A DNA stretch of 64,000 bases, taken from the NCBI GenBank assembly GCA_025449695.1, contig JANWIW010000030.1, forward strand, positions 1,990-65,989, in the 5' to 3' direction. Shown piece after piece: positions 28,844 through 38,475 of this stretch. The stretch comes from Minisyncoccota bacterium (lineage in GTDB: Bacteria > Patescibacteriota > Minisyncoccia > UBA6257 > 2-01-FULL-56-20). The notes below the pieces were generated by a model. It was not told the DNA's origin. It did not search any database and worked only from the letters and a program-made list of their open reading frames with translations. Position numbers and translations under genes: made by a program. Position 1 is the stretch's first letter; each line of letters opens with the position of its first letter.

Positions 28844-29929
28844 TCATGCTGCGATGAGCGCGGACGGGTTCGGGGCGGGAAGCTCCTTGCCCGTGATGAT
28901 CGCGATCTCTCCCAGCACCCTCTGGAGGTAGCCGGTTGGCAGAACGGTTTGCGCGGCGGAACCGTCCACGAGAGAGAGGCTTGTCGCGAGCAACAAGTCG
29001 CCTTGGCGCACGCCATTCAGCTTGAACGAACGTCGGCCGCCGACACTCGGGTTCTGCAGGTCAACCACGACTTCATTGAGAGCCGGCGTCGGCCGCGGCG
29101 CGTCGGCCGTGAATCGGTAGCTCGCGATAGCTCTCTCCACGTGGGTGTAGGGCTCGCGGTAACCGTACTGGTCGTGGCCGAACCACTTCTCGACTGCGTC
29201 CGCCACGAACCGCCGGACCTGCCCCTGGTTCGAGATGACGACGCGCAGCATCTCTCCGGTCTCTTTGCTTCGGAACCAGATGAGACCGCCGACCTGGGTG
29301 AAGTCCGAGGCCGAGAAGCTTCGCCTTCCATACTCGTCGTAGTCAGTACGGGTGCTGTAGACGAAATCTTTTTCGACGGGGACCCAGCCGCCGTCCGCCA
29401 CAGGTTCCGCGACGCCTTGCTCGATAGAGAAGGGGTCCTCAACAGAAAAGACGCCATTTATGAGCCGCTCCATCCAGTCCCAGTCCTGGGAGTTGTCCGC
29501 GAGGCACTTGTTGCGGCGAGCGATGAAGCTGGCAACGCCGAGCGGCGTGAAAGAGAAGATCGCCCAGAACAGGCAAAGTTCAATGGCGAAAAAGACGCGC
29601 TCCGGAGCAGGGACCCACGCCCCGCCCTCACGTTCGCCATAGCCGCGATCGCCGTAAACATAACTGCCGTTGTGAGCGAGGAAGTGAGCTTCATCGATAC
29701 CCACGAGATCGCCCCGGACACCGCGATTGGGATCGGCCAAATTGGCACGAGCTGTTTCCGCCGTGGGGTACGAAATCGGATACAGCCTCTCGTACAACAC
29801 GTCGTCGAGGCGGTAGTGAAGGATGCTCGCGCCGAGAATGCAGAGGAAAACGAGCAGGGCGAGCAGGGCGCCGTTTTGGAACATCTCACTGGCAGCCTTG
29901 GGGGAAAGAGGGATTTTGGCTTGTTTCAT
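28844..29929 (-). CDS. hypothetical membrane-anchored protein
   Basis: 361 aa with an N-terminal TM (ALLALLVFLCILGASIL) and a large extracytoplasmic domain. The antisense ORF 28823..30004 is rejected as R/D-rich GC noise. Confidence 0.6.
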   Translation of the reverse strand: MKQAKIPLSPKAASEMFQNGALLALLVFLCILGASILHYRLDDVLYERLYPISYPTAETARANLADPNRGVRGDLVGIDEAHFLAHNGSYVYGDRGYGEREGGAWVPAPERVFFAIELCLFWAIFSFTPLGVASFIARRNKCLADNSQDWDWMERLINGVFSVEDPFSIEQGVAEPVADGGWVPVEKDFVYSTRTDYDEYGRRSFSASDFTQVGGLIWFRSKETGEMLRVVISNQGQVRRFVADAVEKWFGHDQYGYREPYTHVERAIASYRFTADAPRPTPALNEVVVDLQNPSVGGRRSFKLNGVRQGDLLLATSLSLVDGSAAQTVLPTGYLQRVLGEIAIITGKELPAPNPSALIAA

Positions 29930-30205
29930 CAGTCACTCCTTTCGATTTTTGCAGCTCAGAAACCACTGGTTGAGGGAAATGGATTGTCGGAGATCTCGTG
30001 CTAATTTAACAAGTTTCCATAAAATTGTCAATGGCACGGACATTAAAATCCCCGGCGGCGCAGAGATGTTGGCTTTAGAAAGTCAATCAAGTTTGCAAAT
30101 TATTGAATCGAGGATCCTGATCGGAGTTATAGGACTGAATTTCAGAAAGCATCTCCAATAGCATCCCACCTGCCCAGCAAGTGGTTTCCGTGCCATAATT
30201 GAGTA

Positions 30206-30766
30206 ATGAAAAAATTAGCGCCTGCAATAATAACAGTAATCGTAATTGCTGCAGGAGTTTACTACCTCAACTCAACTCCTCACCAGGAATCTGCATCGCA
30301 AGCTCCGCCGGCAAACCAGAGATCTTTCGACGGAAGGAATGCTACCTTCTCGATAAATGACAATGCGATCACGCTTGTCGATGGAGCAGCGGAAAGCCCT
30401 GCCGCTCCCGGTTCCGCGTCGAAAGTCGTCACCCGTTATTTCGGCAATGAGGCGACCGGAGATCTGAATGGCGACGGCTCGCAGGATGTGGCGTTTCTCG
30501 TGACTCAGGACGGCGGAGGCAGCGGGCTCTTCTATTATGCCGTAGTCGCCCTTAAGACAGCGGATGGATACAGAACCACGAACGCCTTCTTCATCGGCGA
30601 CAGGATCTCCCCGCAGTCAACTTACATCCCGATGAATTCCATGGAGCTCCACGTGAACTATGCGGAACGCAAGCCGGGCGAGCCGATGACCGCGCAGCCT
30701 TCTGTCGGAGCGGTCAAGCTGCTTAAGGTCACCTCTCATGGAGTGTTGGAAGGCCTCATGAAATAA
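30206..30766 (+). CDS. hypothetical secreted/signal-anchored protein
   Basis: 186 aa with an N-terminal signal anchor and a DLNGDGSQD motif. Confidence 0.6.
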   Translation: MKKLAPAIITVIVIAAGVYYLNSTPHQESASQAPPANQRSFDGRNATFSINDNAITLVDGAAESPAAPGSASKVVTRYFGNEATGDLNGDGSQDVAFLVTQDGGGSGLFYYAVVALKTADGYRTTNAFFIGDRISPQSTYIPMNSMELHVNYAERKPGEPMTAQPSVGAVKLLKVTSHGVLEGLMK

Positions 30767-30988
30767 GTTCAGGCCCTGGCAACATCCCGGCCACCCCCAA
30801 TGCGCGAACGCGTAAAAGGCCTTATCGCTTTTGGGGCAAAACGGGCTCTTTCCGTTCAAGGCATTCAAATGATTCAAAAGCACATCACTTGTAGTGATGT
30901 GCTTTTGAAGGTGGGCAAGTTTGCTTGAGGTATTGCCCGTCTGACCTCTTGATATCAAGGTGATCTCGCCTGTTCCATCGGAACCTCC

Positions 30989-32059
30989 TTACGCCGCATC
31001 TTCGAACGCCGTGTCCTCAAAGCCGGGGAGTAACTCGTCGATGATGTTCGTGCTCAGAAACTGTTGGATGCGGCCCGGATCACGCGGATACATGCTGATC
31101 GCCATGCGGAACTTCGCGTCGGCCATGTCGGGAGTAAGACTCTCGAGGCTCAGCGCTCCCGCGTCCTTCGCGAGCTTGCCGAGCTCGTAGCGGTCGAGGA
31201 TCACACGCCCGTCCTCGAACGGTGAAAGGATCCCGACATGGATCCCGGCCTTGGTCGCAGCCCTGACGGCGTCGATCCAGGAATAGCTCCCGTTCTTGCC
31301 GTCCTTCCACTTCCGGTTCGGGATATTGCCCGCTCCCTTGCACTCGAGGATCACGCCGGCGAGGCGGCGAGCCCTCACGAGATCGAGGAGTATCCACGGC
31401 GGAGTGTCGGCGGAGACGCGGATCGTGCCGAGGTTCGGCTCGAAGACGGTGTCCATGCGAAGACCCTGCACCGCCAGCACGCCGTTGAACTTGCGCGTGC
31501 CTTCGAGAATCATGACGCGCGGCCACGCCTGGGCGACGGGAGGCCGTCCGGGCGTGTAGAACGCGGCGAAGTCGGAATCGCGCCGCTTGCGGATCCGGCT
31601 GCCATGGAGCACGTCGCCGATGCAGACCGAGTAGACGCCCACGATGCCGTTTTGCTTGAAGACGCTCGCTACCCGGAAAGTGTTCGCGATCTGCATGGGA
31701 ACATCGCTGCCCGACTCGTCCTTCGTCATCTGCGCGCCGATTACGAACACCGGCTTCTGCAGCGACAACTTGAAGACCATGCCGAGGACAGCGCAGGTCT
31801 CGGCCAGGCTGTCCGTGCCGTGCAGGATCACGAAAGCGTCGTGACCGTTGTAGGCCGCGCGGATCGCCCTCGCGAAACCGACCCGGTCCCTATGGTTGAT
31901 GTTCGTGGAATCTTGGCGTCTCGGATAATCCTCGAGGGTCAGCCGAAAGTTTTTCGACAGGCTGATCCCGGCGAGAAGCTCTTTGGCACTTTTGGCCGGC
32001 CGGAGAGGCTTCCCGACCATGCCGAGCGTGCCTCCGGTGTTCAACACGTGAATCTTCAC
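30989..32059 (-). CDS. ansA: L-asparaginase (type I)
   Basis: Motifs TGGTLGM and HGTDSLAET. GTG start at 32059 with RBS AGGAGGTGG; the track ORF reads through upstream noise to 32335. Confidence 0.8.
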   Translation of the reverse strand: MKIHVLNTGGTLGMVGKPLRPAKSAKELLAGISLSKNFRLTLEDYPRRQDSTNINHRDRVGFARAIRAAYNGHDAFVILHGTDSLAETCAVLGMVFKLSLQKPVFVIGAQMTKDESGSDVPMQIANTFRVASVFKQNGIVGVYSVCIGDVLHGSRIRKRRDSDFAAFYTPGRPPVAQAWPRVMILEGTRKFNGVLAVQGLRMDTVFEPNLGTIRVSADTPPWILLDLVRARRLAGVILECKGAGNIPNRKWKDGKNGSYSWIDAVRAATKAGIHVGILSPFEDGRVILDRYELGKLAKDAGALSLESLTPDMADAKFRMAISMYPRDPGRIQQFLSTNIIDELLPGFEDTAFEDAA

Positions 32060-32279
32060 TTGCCACCTCCTGTTCCTGGAATTCCGATTTTCTTTTTCAA
32101 ATGACAGCCCCTGCAGCCGCCATTTGAACCGTCTGGCAGTCCGTAGAAGTGATTTATAAAAACACAATATTGGGTGATTAGTCAATACCAGCACGCATAT
32201 CCCCCAACCGCGAGGTTGGTTCTGTAAGGACAAGTTCAGGAAATATGCCGCCTTCGAGGAGCGGGCGGGGCAATTCCGC

Positions 32280-33140
32280 TCACTGCAGGTCAGTGAACAC
32301 CACGAGCCTTTGGCTGTAGCTCTTCCGGACAGCATCCCAGACGCCTTCGCAGGTAATGAGGTTCAAGTGAGCGCCGTCGTCTTTGGCTATAAAAACATCG
32401 GCCGCCGCCGCCGCCGGATCGTAATAGCGGCTCTCGCGGACCACGAACCGGATGGCTTCCCCCTTGTCGTTCCGGACATATATCTCGTCTCCCGGCTGCA
32501 GTTCGCTGAGGCCGCTGAACACGCCCGGCTTCGTGATTATTCCTCCTCGTACCTGCGCCACATGCCCCATCACGATCGCGGTGCCCTTTTCCCCGGGCAG
32601 CGCGCTGCCCGTGAACCATCCCACATCAACGAGATTGTCAGGTATTTCGATGGTTCCGCCGGATTTTAGGCCGTTATACTGGAATCCTGCACTGACGTTC
32701 AGTTTCGGGATCTCGAAACGGGCCAGGGAACGGACCACACTATCTGCGACCGCCACGCTCGTCGTTCCGGCCGTGGTCTGCACCGGAACCGGTATGATCG
32801 GTGCCTGAGAGACAGGTGCGCTGATCTCCGCCCTCGAGACAGGGCCGAAGTAGCCGGTCGCGGGAGAAATGCCCGATCGTGCCTGCCATGCGGAAAGCGC
32901 GCTCTTGGTGAGCGGGCCGAAGTAGCCGGTCGGGACGGGGATCTTCAGAAAACCCCCGGCGATCAAAGATCGCTGCAACACGGATACGTCATCCCCGCTG
33001 ATTCCAATGGAAAGGTTGCGCGCGAATATGGGACCTGCCGTCAGGGGCAAGGGCAGGGCCCCTCCGGCTGCGCTTCTCCCCGGCATGGAAACGAAGAGCA
33101 ATAGCGCGCCGAGCCATAATAGTGCATTAGATATTTTCAT
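32280..33140 (-). CDS. sortase-family transpeptidase with N-terminal peptidoglycan-binding domain
   Basis: Signal peptide, PGBD1-like segment (DDVSVLQRSLIAGGF...GYFGPLTKSAL), and catalytic His (VMGHV), Cys (LNLITCEGVW) and Arg (RLVVFT). Confidence 0.7.
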   Translation of the reverse strand: MKISNALLWLGALLLFVSMPGRSAAGGALPLPLTAGPIFARNLSIGISGDDVSVLQRSLIAGGFLKIPVPTGYFGPLTKSALSAWQARSGISPATGYFGPVSRAEISAPVSQAPIIPVPVQTTAGTTSVAVADSVVRSLARFEIPKLNVSAGFQYNGLKSGGTIEIPDNLVDVGWFTGSALPGEKGTAIVMGHVAQVRGGIITKPGVFSGLSELQPGDEIYVRNDKGEAIRFVVRESRYYDPAAAAADVFIAKDDGAHLNLITCEGVWDAVRKSYSQRLVVFTDLQ

Positions 33141-33278
33141 CGCAGGATTATTATGCCATAGAGTTCTCCTGTCGGCGGCGCGGCGAATATGGCGGCGATC
33201 GCTGCTTTCATGCCATCTTATGACGCCCGGTACCGAAGTTCATTACAGACATAGGCTCTTATGCCATAATCAAAGCAT

Positions 33279-33836
33279 ATGGAGATTGACCTGGGATTAT
33301 TGCACTTCCTGCCTGCCATCGGGCACTCCGAACTCCTCGGGCCATCTGTGGCAAAGATGCTCTCCGGATTGCCAATGGCCGATAAGATCGGCGTCGCGGA
33401 GATCGATCCGGACCTGTCCGATACCGCCGCGTTCTGTGAAAAATATGGCATCGGGATGGACCAGGCCGCCAATTGCGTGGTGCTTGAGGCCAAACGCGCG
33501 GAAAAGAGCTGGCTCGCGGCATGCGTCGTCCTCGGCAGCACGCGCGCCGACGTGAATGGGCTGGCCCGCCGGACGCTGGATGCGCGCAGGGTTTCTTTCG
33601 CGCCCATAGAGCAGGCGGTTGCCCAGACTGGCATGGAGTACGGGGGGATCACTCCCCTCGGTCTCCCCGGCGATTGGACCATCCTTATAGATAAGGGCGT
33701 AGCGGAATCGGAATACGTGATCATCGGTAGCGGCCTCAGGAAGTCCAAGCTTGTGATCCCCGGCAGCGCGCTGGCCTCGTTGCCGAAGGCTCAGGTACTT
33801 GAGGGGTTGGGACAGATGAAGGAACCATCAACCTGA
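33279..33836 (+). CDS. YbaK/EbsC-family aminoacyl-tRNA deacylase
   Basis: 185 aa with a YbaK fold and a Gly-rich motif (ITPLGLPGDW...IGSG). Confidence 0.7.
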   Translation: MEIDLGLLHFLPAIGHSELLGPSVAKMLSGLPMADKIGVAEIDPDLSDTAAFCEKYGIGMDQAANCVVLEAKRAEKSWLAACVVLGSTRADVNGLARRTLDARRVSFAPIEQAVAQTGMEYGGITPLGLPGDWTILIDKGVAESEYVIIGSGLRKSKLVIPGSALASLPKAQVLEGLGQMKEPST

Positions 33837-33838
33837 CC

Positions 33839-34444
33839 ATGCCCTTCAAGCCCCCGTACGCCAGCAAGGAAAATTTTTTGGCGCAGCTGGAGCAGGCCGG
33901 TCTTTTGGCGCCCCGGATGCAAACGGCTCTGGAGTACGCAAGACGGGCCCATAAGGACCAGAAACGAGACCAGGGCAACCCTTATCTCGAGGAACACATC
34001 TATCCGATCGGCTCCGGCATCCTCAAAAGGCATGCAGCCGACCCAGAACTGGAGAATATGGTCATATTAGGCGTGTTGCATGATGTGGTCGAAGACGATC
34101 CCAATGTCTTGCTTCCGGATATTGAAAGAGATTTCGGAAGGGTTATGCTCGACAAACTGCTTCTTGTCACTAAGAAACCTAATGAGAATACCGACTTGCT
34201 TTCCGAGGAAGAAAAAAGGGTGGTGAACGCGAGAATGCTGCAGAACCTGGAACATGCCTCTCGCCTCGCGCAAATCGTCAAGCTCGAGGACCGGCTAAAC
34301 AACCTCGCAAGCATCGAGAGAGCGGACACGCCGAAGTACCTGCGCTACGTGGAGGAAACCCGAACCATGTTTATCCCTTTCGCCGAGCGTGTGGCCGCAT
34401 CCTATGTAGGTCTCTACTTGGAGCAGTTAGCGCGTCTTGCTTAA
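33839..34444 (+). CDS. HD-domain phosphohydrolase (RelA/SpoT-like small hydrolase)
   Basis: HD motif HD...VLHDVVEDD with surrounding helices matching the (p)ppGpp-hydrolase HD fold. Confidence 0.7.
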   Translation: MPFKPPYASKENFLAQLEQAGLLAPRMQTALEYARRAHKDQKRDQGNPYLEEHIYPIGSGILKRHAADPELENMVILGVLHDVVEDDPNVLLPDIERDFGRVMLDKLLLVTKKPNENTDLLSEEEKRVVNARMLQNLEHASRLAQIVKLEDRLNNLASIERADTPKYLRYVEETRTMFIPFAERVAASYVGLYLEQLARLA

Positions 34445-34462
34445 CGCTGTCTGATCATCCTT

Positions 34463-35737
34463 TTAGCGCTCCGGCCCGGCCTTCGCCGCGCTCGTCCCCG
34501 CCACGAAGCCGGTCGTCCAGCACAGCTGCAACCCGTACCCCCCGGACGGGCGGTCTATGTTCAGGACGTCCCCGGCAAAATAGAGGTTTTCCATTTTGCG
34601 GGAGCGCATGGTCCTGAAGTCCACCTCGGGCAGTACGACCCCTCCGGAGGTGACTACCGCCTTATCCACGCCAAGCAGGCCTTTGACCCGCATCGGCAAG
34701 TCTTTGAGGAGCGCCGCCAGCTGGCGGCGCTGCTCGCGGGTGACGCTATGGCCGGAAGTGGTGCCGGGAATGCCGGAAAGCTCCACGAGGACGGGACCGA
34801 GCGCGGACGGCATAAGCCCGGTCAATATGTTCTTGAATTGCTTGTTGCTTTTCTCTCCCAGGGCTCCTTGCAGCTTCTTGTCGAGGACCCCAGGGTCAAG
34901 CGAAGAGAAAAGGTCCAACGAGATCGTCACACTCCCATATTTCAAGAGCTCGCCGATATCCCGGCTCGCGTTCAAGACCATCGGCCCGCTGATGCCGAAG
35001 TGGGTAAAGAGCATCTTCCCCTTTCTCACATCCTGCTTCACGCCGTTCTGAAGGACGGTGAGCTTGACGTCAGGAAGGCTCACTCCCTGAAGGCGCTTGA
35101 CCCAAGCATCCTGGATCGCGACCGGCACCAGCGCCGCCCCCTGGTCCACGACCGTATGGCCGATCGCCGTAAGCCAGGCGAAACCCTCGCCGGTCGATCC
35201 GGTCTCCGGCCGTGACTTGCCGCCAGTCGCGAGGATAAAGGAATGCCCCCGGACCTCCCTGCCGCCTTTCAGGCGGACAGCCGCTATGGCGCTCCCCTTC
35301 TTCGTAAAGCCGCTGGCCGGCGCATTGCGGGAAACGACCACCCCGCCATCCCGCATGTACCCCACCAGGGCTTCCCAGACCGAGACCGCTTTATCGCTTT
35401 TCGGAAACACCCGCTTCTCCGCCTCCACTTTGGTCGGCATCTTCCTCGCATGGAAAAAATCCAGGGCCTCCTTGACCCCGTACTGGGCGAACGCGGAAAA
35501 GAGAAAACGGTCGTTCTTCCTGAACTTCGCGAGGAACGCCCTGGTATCGAACTCCGCGTTGGTCACGTTGCAACGCCCCCCGCCGGTGATGAGAAGCTTC
35601 TTCCCAAGCTGGGGGTTCTTTTCTATCAAAATGACTCTAGCTCCAAGTTCTGCGGCCCTCCCGGCAGCCATCATACCCGCGGGTCCGCCGCCGATCACGA
35701 CAACATCCCAAAGCTTATCCGCCATAGGGGCCATCAT
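34463..35737 (-). CDS. FAD-dependent oxidoreductase, HI0933/BaiN family
   Basis: DVVVIGGGPAGMMAAGRAA...LITGGGRCNVTN. Confidence 0.8.
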   Translation of the reverse strand: MMAPMADKLWDVVVIGGGPAGMMAAGRAAELGARVILIEKNPQLGKKLLITGGGRCNVTNAEFDTRAFLAKFRKNDRFLFSAFAQYGVKEALDFFHARKMPTKVEAEKRVFPKSDKAVSVWEALVGYMRDGGVVVSRNAPASGFTKKGSAIAAVRLKGGREVRGHSFILATGGKSRPETGSTGEGFAWLTAIGHTVVDQGAALVPVAIQDAWVKRLQGVSLPDVKLTVLQNGVKQDVRKGKMLFTHFGISGPMVLNASRDIGELLKYGSVTISLDLFSSLDPGVLDKKLQGALGEKSNKQFKNILTGLMPSALGPVLVELSGIPGTTSGHSVTREQRRQLAALLKDLPMRVKGLLGVDKAVVTSGGVVLPEVDFRTMRSRKMENLYFAGDVLNIDRPSGGYGLQLCWTTGFVAGTSAAKAGPER

Positions 35738-35777
35738 AGCACCTCGCCTTCTTTATGGCAGTGCTACAATAGAGGCA

Positions 35778-35962
35778 TGACCATATTCAAAACGGCATCT
35801 TATACGTGGTGGCAGATCGGCCTCTTTAAATTATCCCTGCTCTGTATCGGCATCGCGATCGGGGCCTATTGGCCGGCGGTGTTCCTTCCGTACCTGGGCA
35901 TCCTCCTTATAACCGGCATAGTGCTCGGCATCTATATCGGCGCTGTCTGGCTCAGGCAGTAA
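35778..35962 (+). CDS. small hypothetical membrane protein (61 aa, 2 TM)
   Basis: MTIFKTASYTWWQIGLFKLSLLCIGIAIGAYWPAVFLPYLGILLITGIVLGIYIGAVWLRQ with RBS-like GAGG upstream. It forms the tail of track ORF 35243..35962. Confidence 0.4.
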
Positions 35963-36037
35963 TCCCCGAACCCGCAGGACAATCCGCAGTCCTCTCGTTC
36001 ATTCAAATAACACTCCTTTATTTTGTATAATACGGTT

Positions 36038-36490
36038 ATGCAAAAGATATACCAATCGATATTCATCAACGCTCCCCGCGAGAAGGTATGGGATACCATG
36101 CTCTCCGATAGCACCTATCGCGAATGGACGACGGCTTTCAATCCCGGATCGTATTATAAGGGAGACTGGAGCGAGGGATCGAAAATACTCTTTCTCGGGC
36201 CGAATCCGGGCGGACCGGGCGAGGGCGGCATGGTGAGCCGCATCAAGGAGAACAGGCCTCACGAGTACATATCCATCGAGCACCTCGGCATCTTTAAGGA
36301 CGGTGTTGAAGACACAGCGAGCGAGGAAGCGAAGAAATGGGCGCCGGCCTACGAGAATTATACGTTCATCGAGAAGGACGGAGGTACCGAACTCCTGATC
36401 GAAATGGATATCGAGCCTGATCAGAAAACGACGTTCGAGGACATGTGGACAAAAGCGCTGCAGCGCCTCAAGGAACTGGCCGAAAAATAG
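36038..36490 (+). CDS. SRPBCC-superfamily protein (AHSA1/polyketide-cyclase-like)
   Basis: MQKIYQSIFINAPREKVWDTM... is a typical START/Bet-v1 N-terminus. Confidence 0.7.
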   Translation: MQKIYQSIFINAPREKVWDTMLSDSTYREWTTAFNPGSYYKGDWSEGSKILFLGPNPGGPGEGGMVSRIKENRPHEYISIEHLGIFKDGVEDTASEEAKKWAPAYENYTFIEKDGGTELLIEMDIEPDQKTTFEDMWTKALQRLKELAEK

Positions 36491-36549
36491 GACGGGTCAT
36501 CGTTTTACCCCCGGTCTTATCTGCTATACTGCAGATATAGCTTTCACGC

Positions 36550-37083
36550 ATGGATATTTCCCCGCAGAAAAACACGGCGCCGACTGAGGAAAGCAGGCAT
36601 ATCATCCGCAGCCTTAAGGCAAAAGCGGACAAGAACAGGTCACCGGGAGAAGTGATCGCCGATGATCTGACCCATGCGTTCGGCAGCGTGGGATTTTTAT
36701 CTCTGAACGCCGTCGTGTTCATCGCCTGGATCGCCATCAACACCGGCCTTGTTCCCGGGATCGCTGCCTTCGATCCCTTTCCTTTCAGCCTGCTTACGAC
36801 CATCGTATCCCTCGAAGCGATCATCCTTGCCATCATCGTGCTCTTGTCTCAGAATCGCGCCATAGAAACCGACGACCTGCGGGAGGAAATCGATCTTCAA
36901 GTGAATCTGATCACCGAGCGGGAACTGACCAAGCTCATGACTATACTCGTTCCATTGCTCGAGAAGAACGGCATCGACGTTTCAGAAGACGCGACGCTCC
37001 AGGAAATGCTGAAGCCGACCGATACCGGCAGAATCCAGAGGGTTCTCGAGAAACAGATCGCCCGCAAGAACGGCTTTCTGTAG
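36550..37083 (+). CDS. DUF1003-family membrane protein
   Basis: Two TM helices and the motif VSLEAIILAIIVLLSQNR. Paralog of 3830..4360. Confidence 0.7.
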   Translation: MDISPQKNTAPTEESRHIIRSLKAKADKNRSPGEVIADDLTHAFGSVGFLSLNAVVFIAWIAINTGLVPGIAAFDPFPFSLLTTIVSLEAIILAIIVLLSQNRAIETDDLREEIDLQVNLITERELTKLMTILVPLLEKNGIDVSEDATLQEMLKPTDTGRIQRVLEKQIARKNGFL

Positions 37084-37659
37084 ATGTTTATCGCCCTGAC
37101 CGGCACCATTGGATCGGGAAAGGACACAGTCGCGAAATATTTGGTTGAACACCACGGTTTCCACTTCGCTTCCGGGAGCGATCTCATCGCCGGGGAGGTC
37201 AGGAAGAGAGGCCTTGCCGCGAGCCGCGAGAACATGAGAAGTGTCGCAAATGAGCTTCGAAAGCGGGATGGCACGCGCCTGCTGGACATGATGATCAACG
37301 AAGCCGCCGGCAAGAGGGACGTAGTGATAGGATTCCTGAGGACGGAAAACGCGATACGGAGGCTAAGGGAGGTTGAGCCCGCAGCCATTCTTGCCGGCGT
37401 GGACGCGCCGATAGATACGCGTTACAAGCGTGCCGCCGCGCGGAACGAAGAGAAGGACCGGATGACGCTCGATGAATTCGTCGCCGCAGAGGCTTTGGAA
37501 ATGTCGTCCGAGGATCCTGACACCCAGAACATCGGCTACTGCATGAGCCATGCCGATATCATTGTAATGAACGACTCCTCCTTGGAGGACCTTCACAATA
37601 AGATCGAGGAAATGCTGGTCAAGATAACGCGGACTTCCCAGGAAAGAATGTTAGAATAA
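37084..37659 (+). CDS. P-loop nucleotide kinase (dephospho-CoA kinase / dNMP kinase-like)
   Basis: P-loop LTGTIGSGKDT. Its start overlaps the upstream stop (TAGATG). Confidence 0.55.
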   Translation: MFIALTGTIGSGKDTVAKYLVEHHGFHFASGSDLIAGEVRKRGLAASRENMRSVANELRKRDGTRLLDMMINEAAGKRDVVIGFLRTENAIRRLREVEPAAILAGVDAPIDTRYKRAAARNEEKDRMTLDEFVAAEALEMSSEDPDTQNIGYCMSHADIIVMNDSSLEDLHNKIEEMLVKITRTSQERMLE

Positions 37660-37663
37660 ACGC

Positions 37664-38389
37664 ATGAACGCGACCCGCGATCCCATTCTCCACGTCGACG
37701 AGCCGCACGTGATGGGCGCCGGCCGGAAGCTCAACTGGCTCCGGGCCGCGGTGCTTGGCGCGAACGACGGCATCGTTTCCACCGCTTCGCTCGTCGTCGG
37801 CGTCGCGGGAGCTTCGAATTCGTCCGGCTTTATCCTGACCGCAGGCGTGGCCGGTCTTTTGGCAGGCGCGCTTTCCATGGGCGTCGGGGAATATGTCTCG
37901 GTTAGCACCCAGCGCGATACCGAAAAAGCGCTTATTGAGAAGGAACGCCGGGAACTCATTGAAGAACCCGAGCTCGAACTCCAGGAGCTCGCCCAGATCT
38001 ACGCGAGGAAGGGCCTCTCCGGGGCGACGGCACAGAAAGTGGCGGAGGAACTCACCGCCCACGATGCCTTCGCCGCGCACCTGGACGCGGAGTTAGGCAT
38101 CGACCCGGACGACCTCACGAACCCGTGGCAGGCAGCTTATGCATCCGCCTTGGCCTTCTCCTGCGGAGCCATGATCCCCATCCTCATGATCACCCTTCCC
38201 CCCGAATCGATACGCATTCCGGTGACCTTCCTGGGAGTCCTCATTGCGCTTGCCGTGACGGGCACCCTGAGCGCCCACGCCGGCGGGGCGAGCAAGAGGA
38301 AGGCCGCACTGCGTATCATGGCCGGCGGCATGCTGGCTATGGCAGCGACTTTCGGCATCGGCAAGCTGTTCGGAGTGGCGGGAATATAA
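37664..38389 (+). CDS. VIT1/CCC1-family Fe/Mn transporter
   Basis: LNWLRAAVLGANDGIVSTASLVVGVAG plus a C-terminal TM bundle. Confidence 0.8.
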   Translation: MNATRDPILHVDEPHVMGAGRKLNWLRAAVLGANDGIVSTASLVVGVAGASNSSGFILTAGVAGLLAGALSMGVGEYVSVSTQRDTEKALIEKERRELIEEPELELQELAQIYARKGLSGATAQKVAEELTAHDAFAAHLDAELGIDPDDLTNPWQAAYASALAFSCGAMIPILMITLPPESIRIPVTFLGVLIALAVTGTLSAHAGGASKRKAALRIMAGGMLAMAATFGIGKLFGVAGI

Positions 38390-38475
38390 CATCCCTGATA
38401 GGAAAGAAACCCTGTCCTGCCATGATTCGAAAAAGAACCGCTTTGTTGGAATATAATTAAGATGAGCCAAACTCC

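Noticed and set aside
28823-30004. 393-aa plus-strand ORF
   Set aside because: Antisense to the better-supported 28844..29929 minus-strand gene; it has the R/D/E-rich composition typical of GC-driven shadow ORFs.
24034-30800. Prophage
   Set aside because: No integrase, capsid, terminase or other phage genes; the content is metabolic enzymes.
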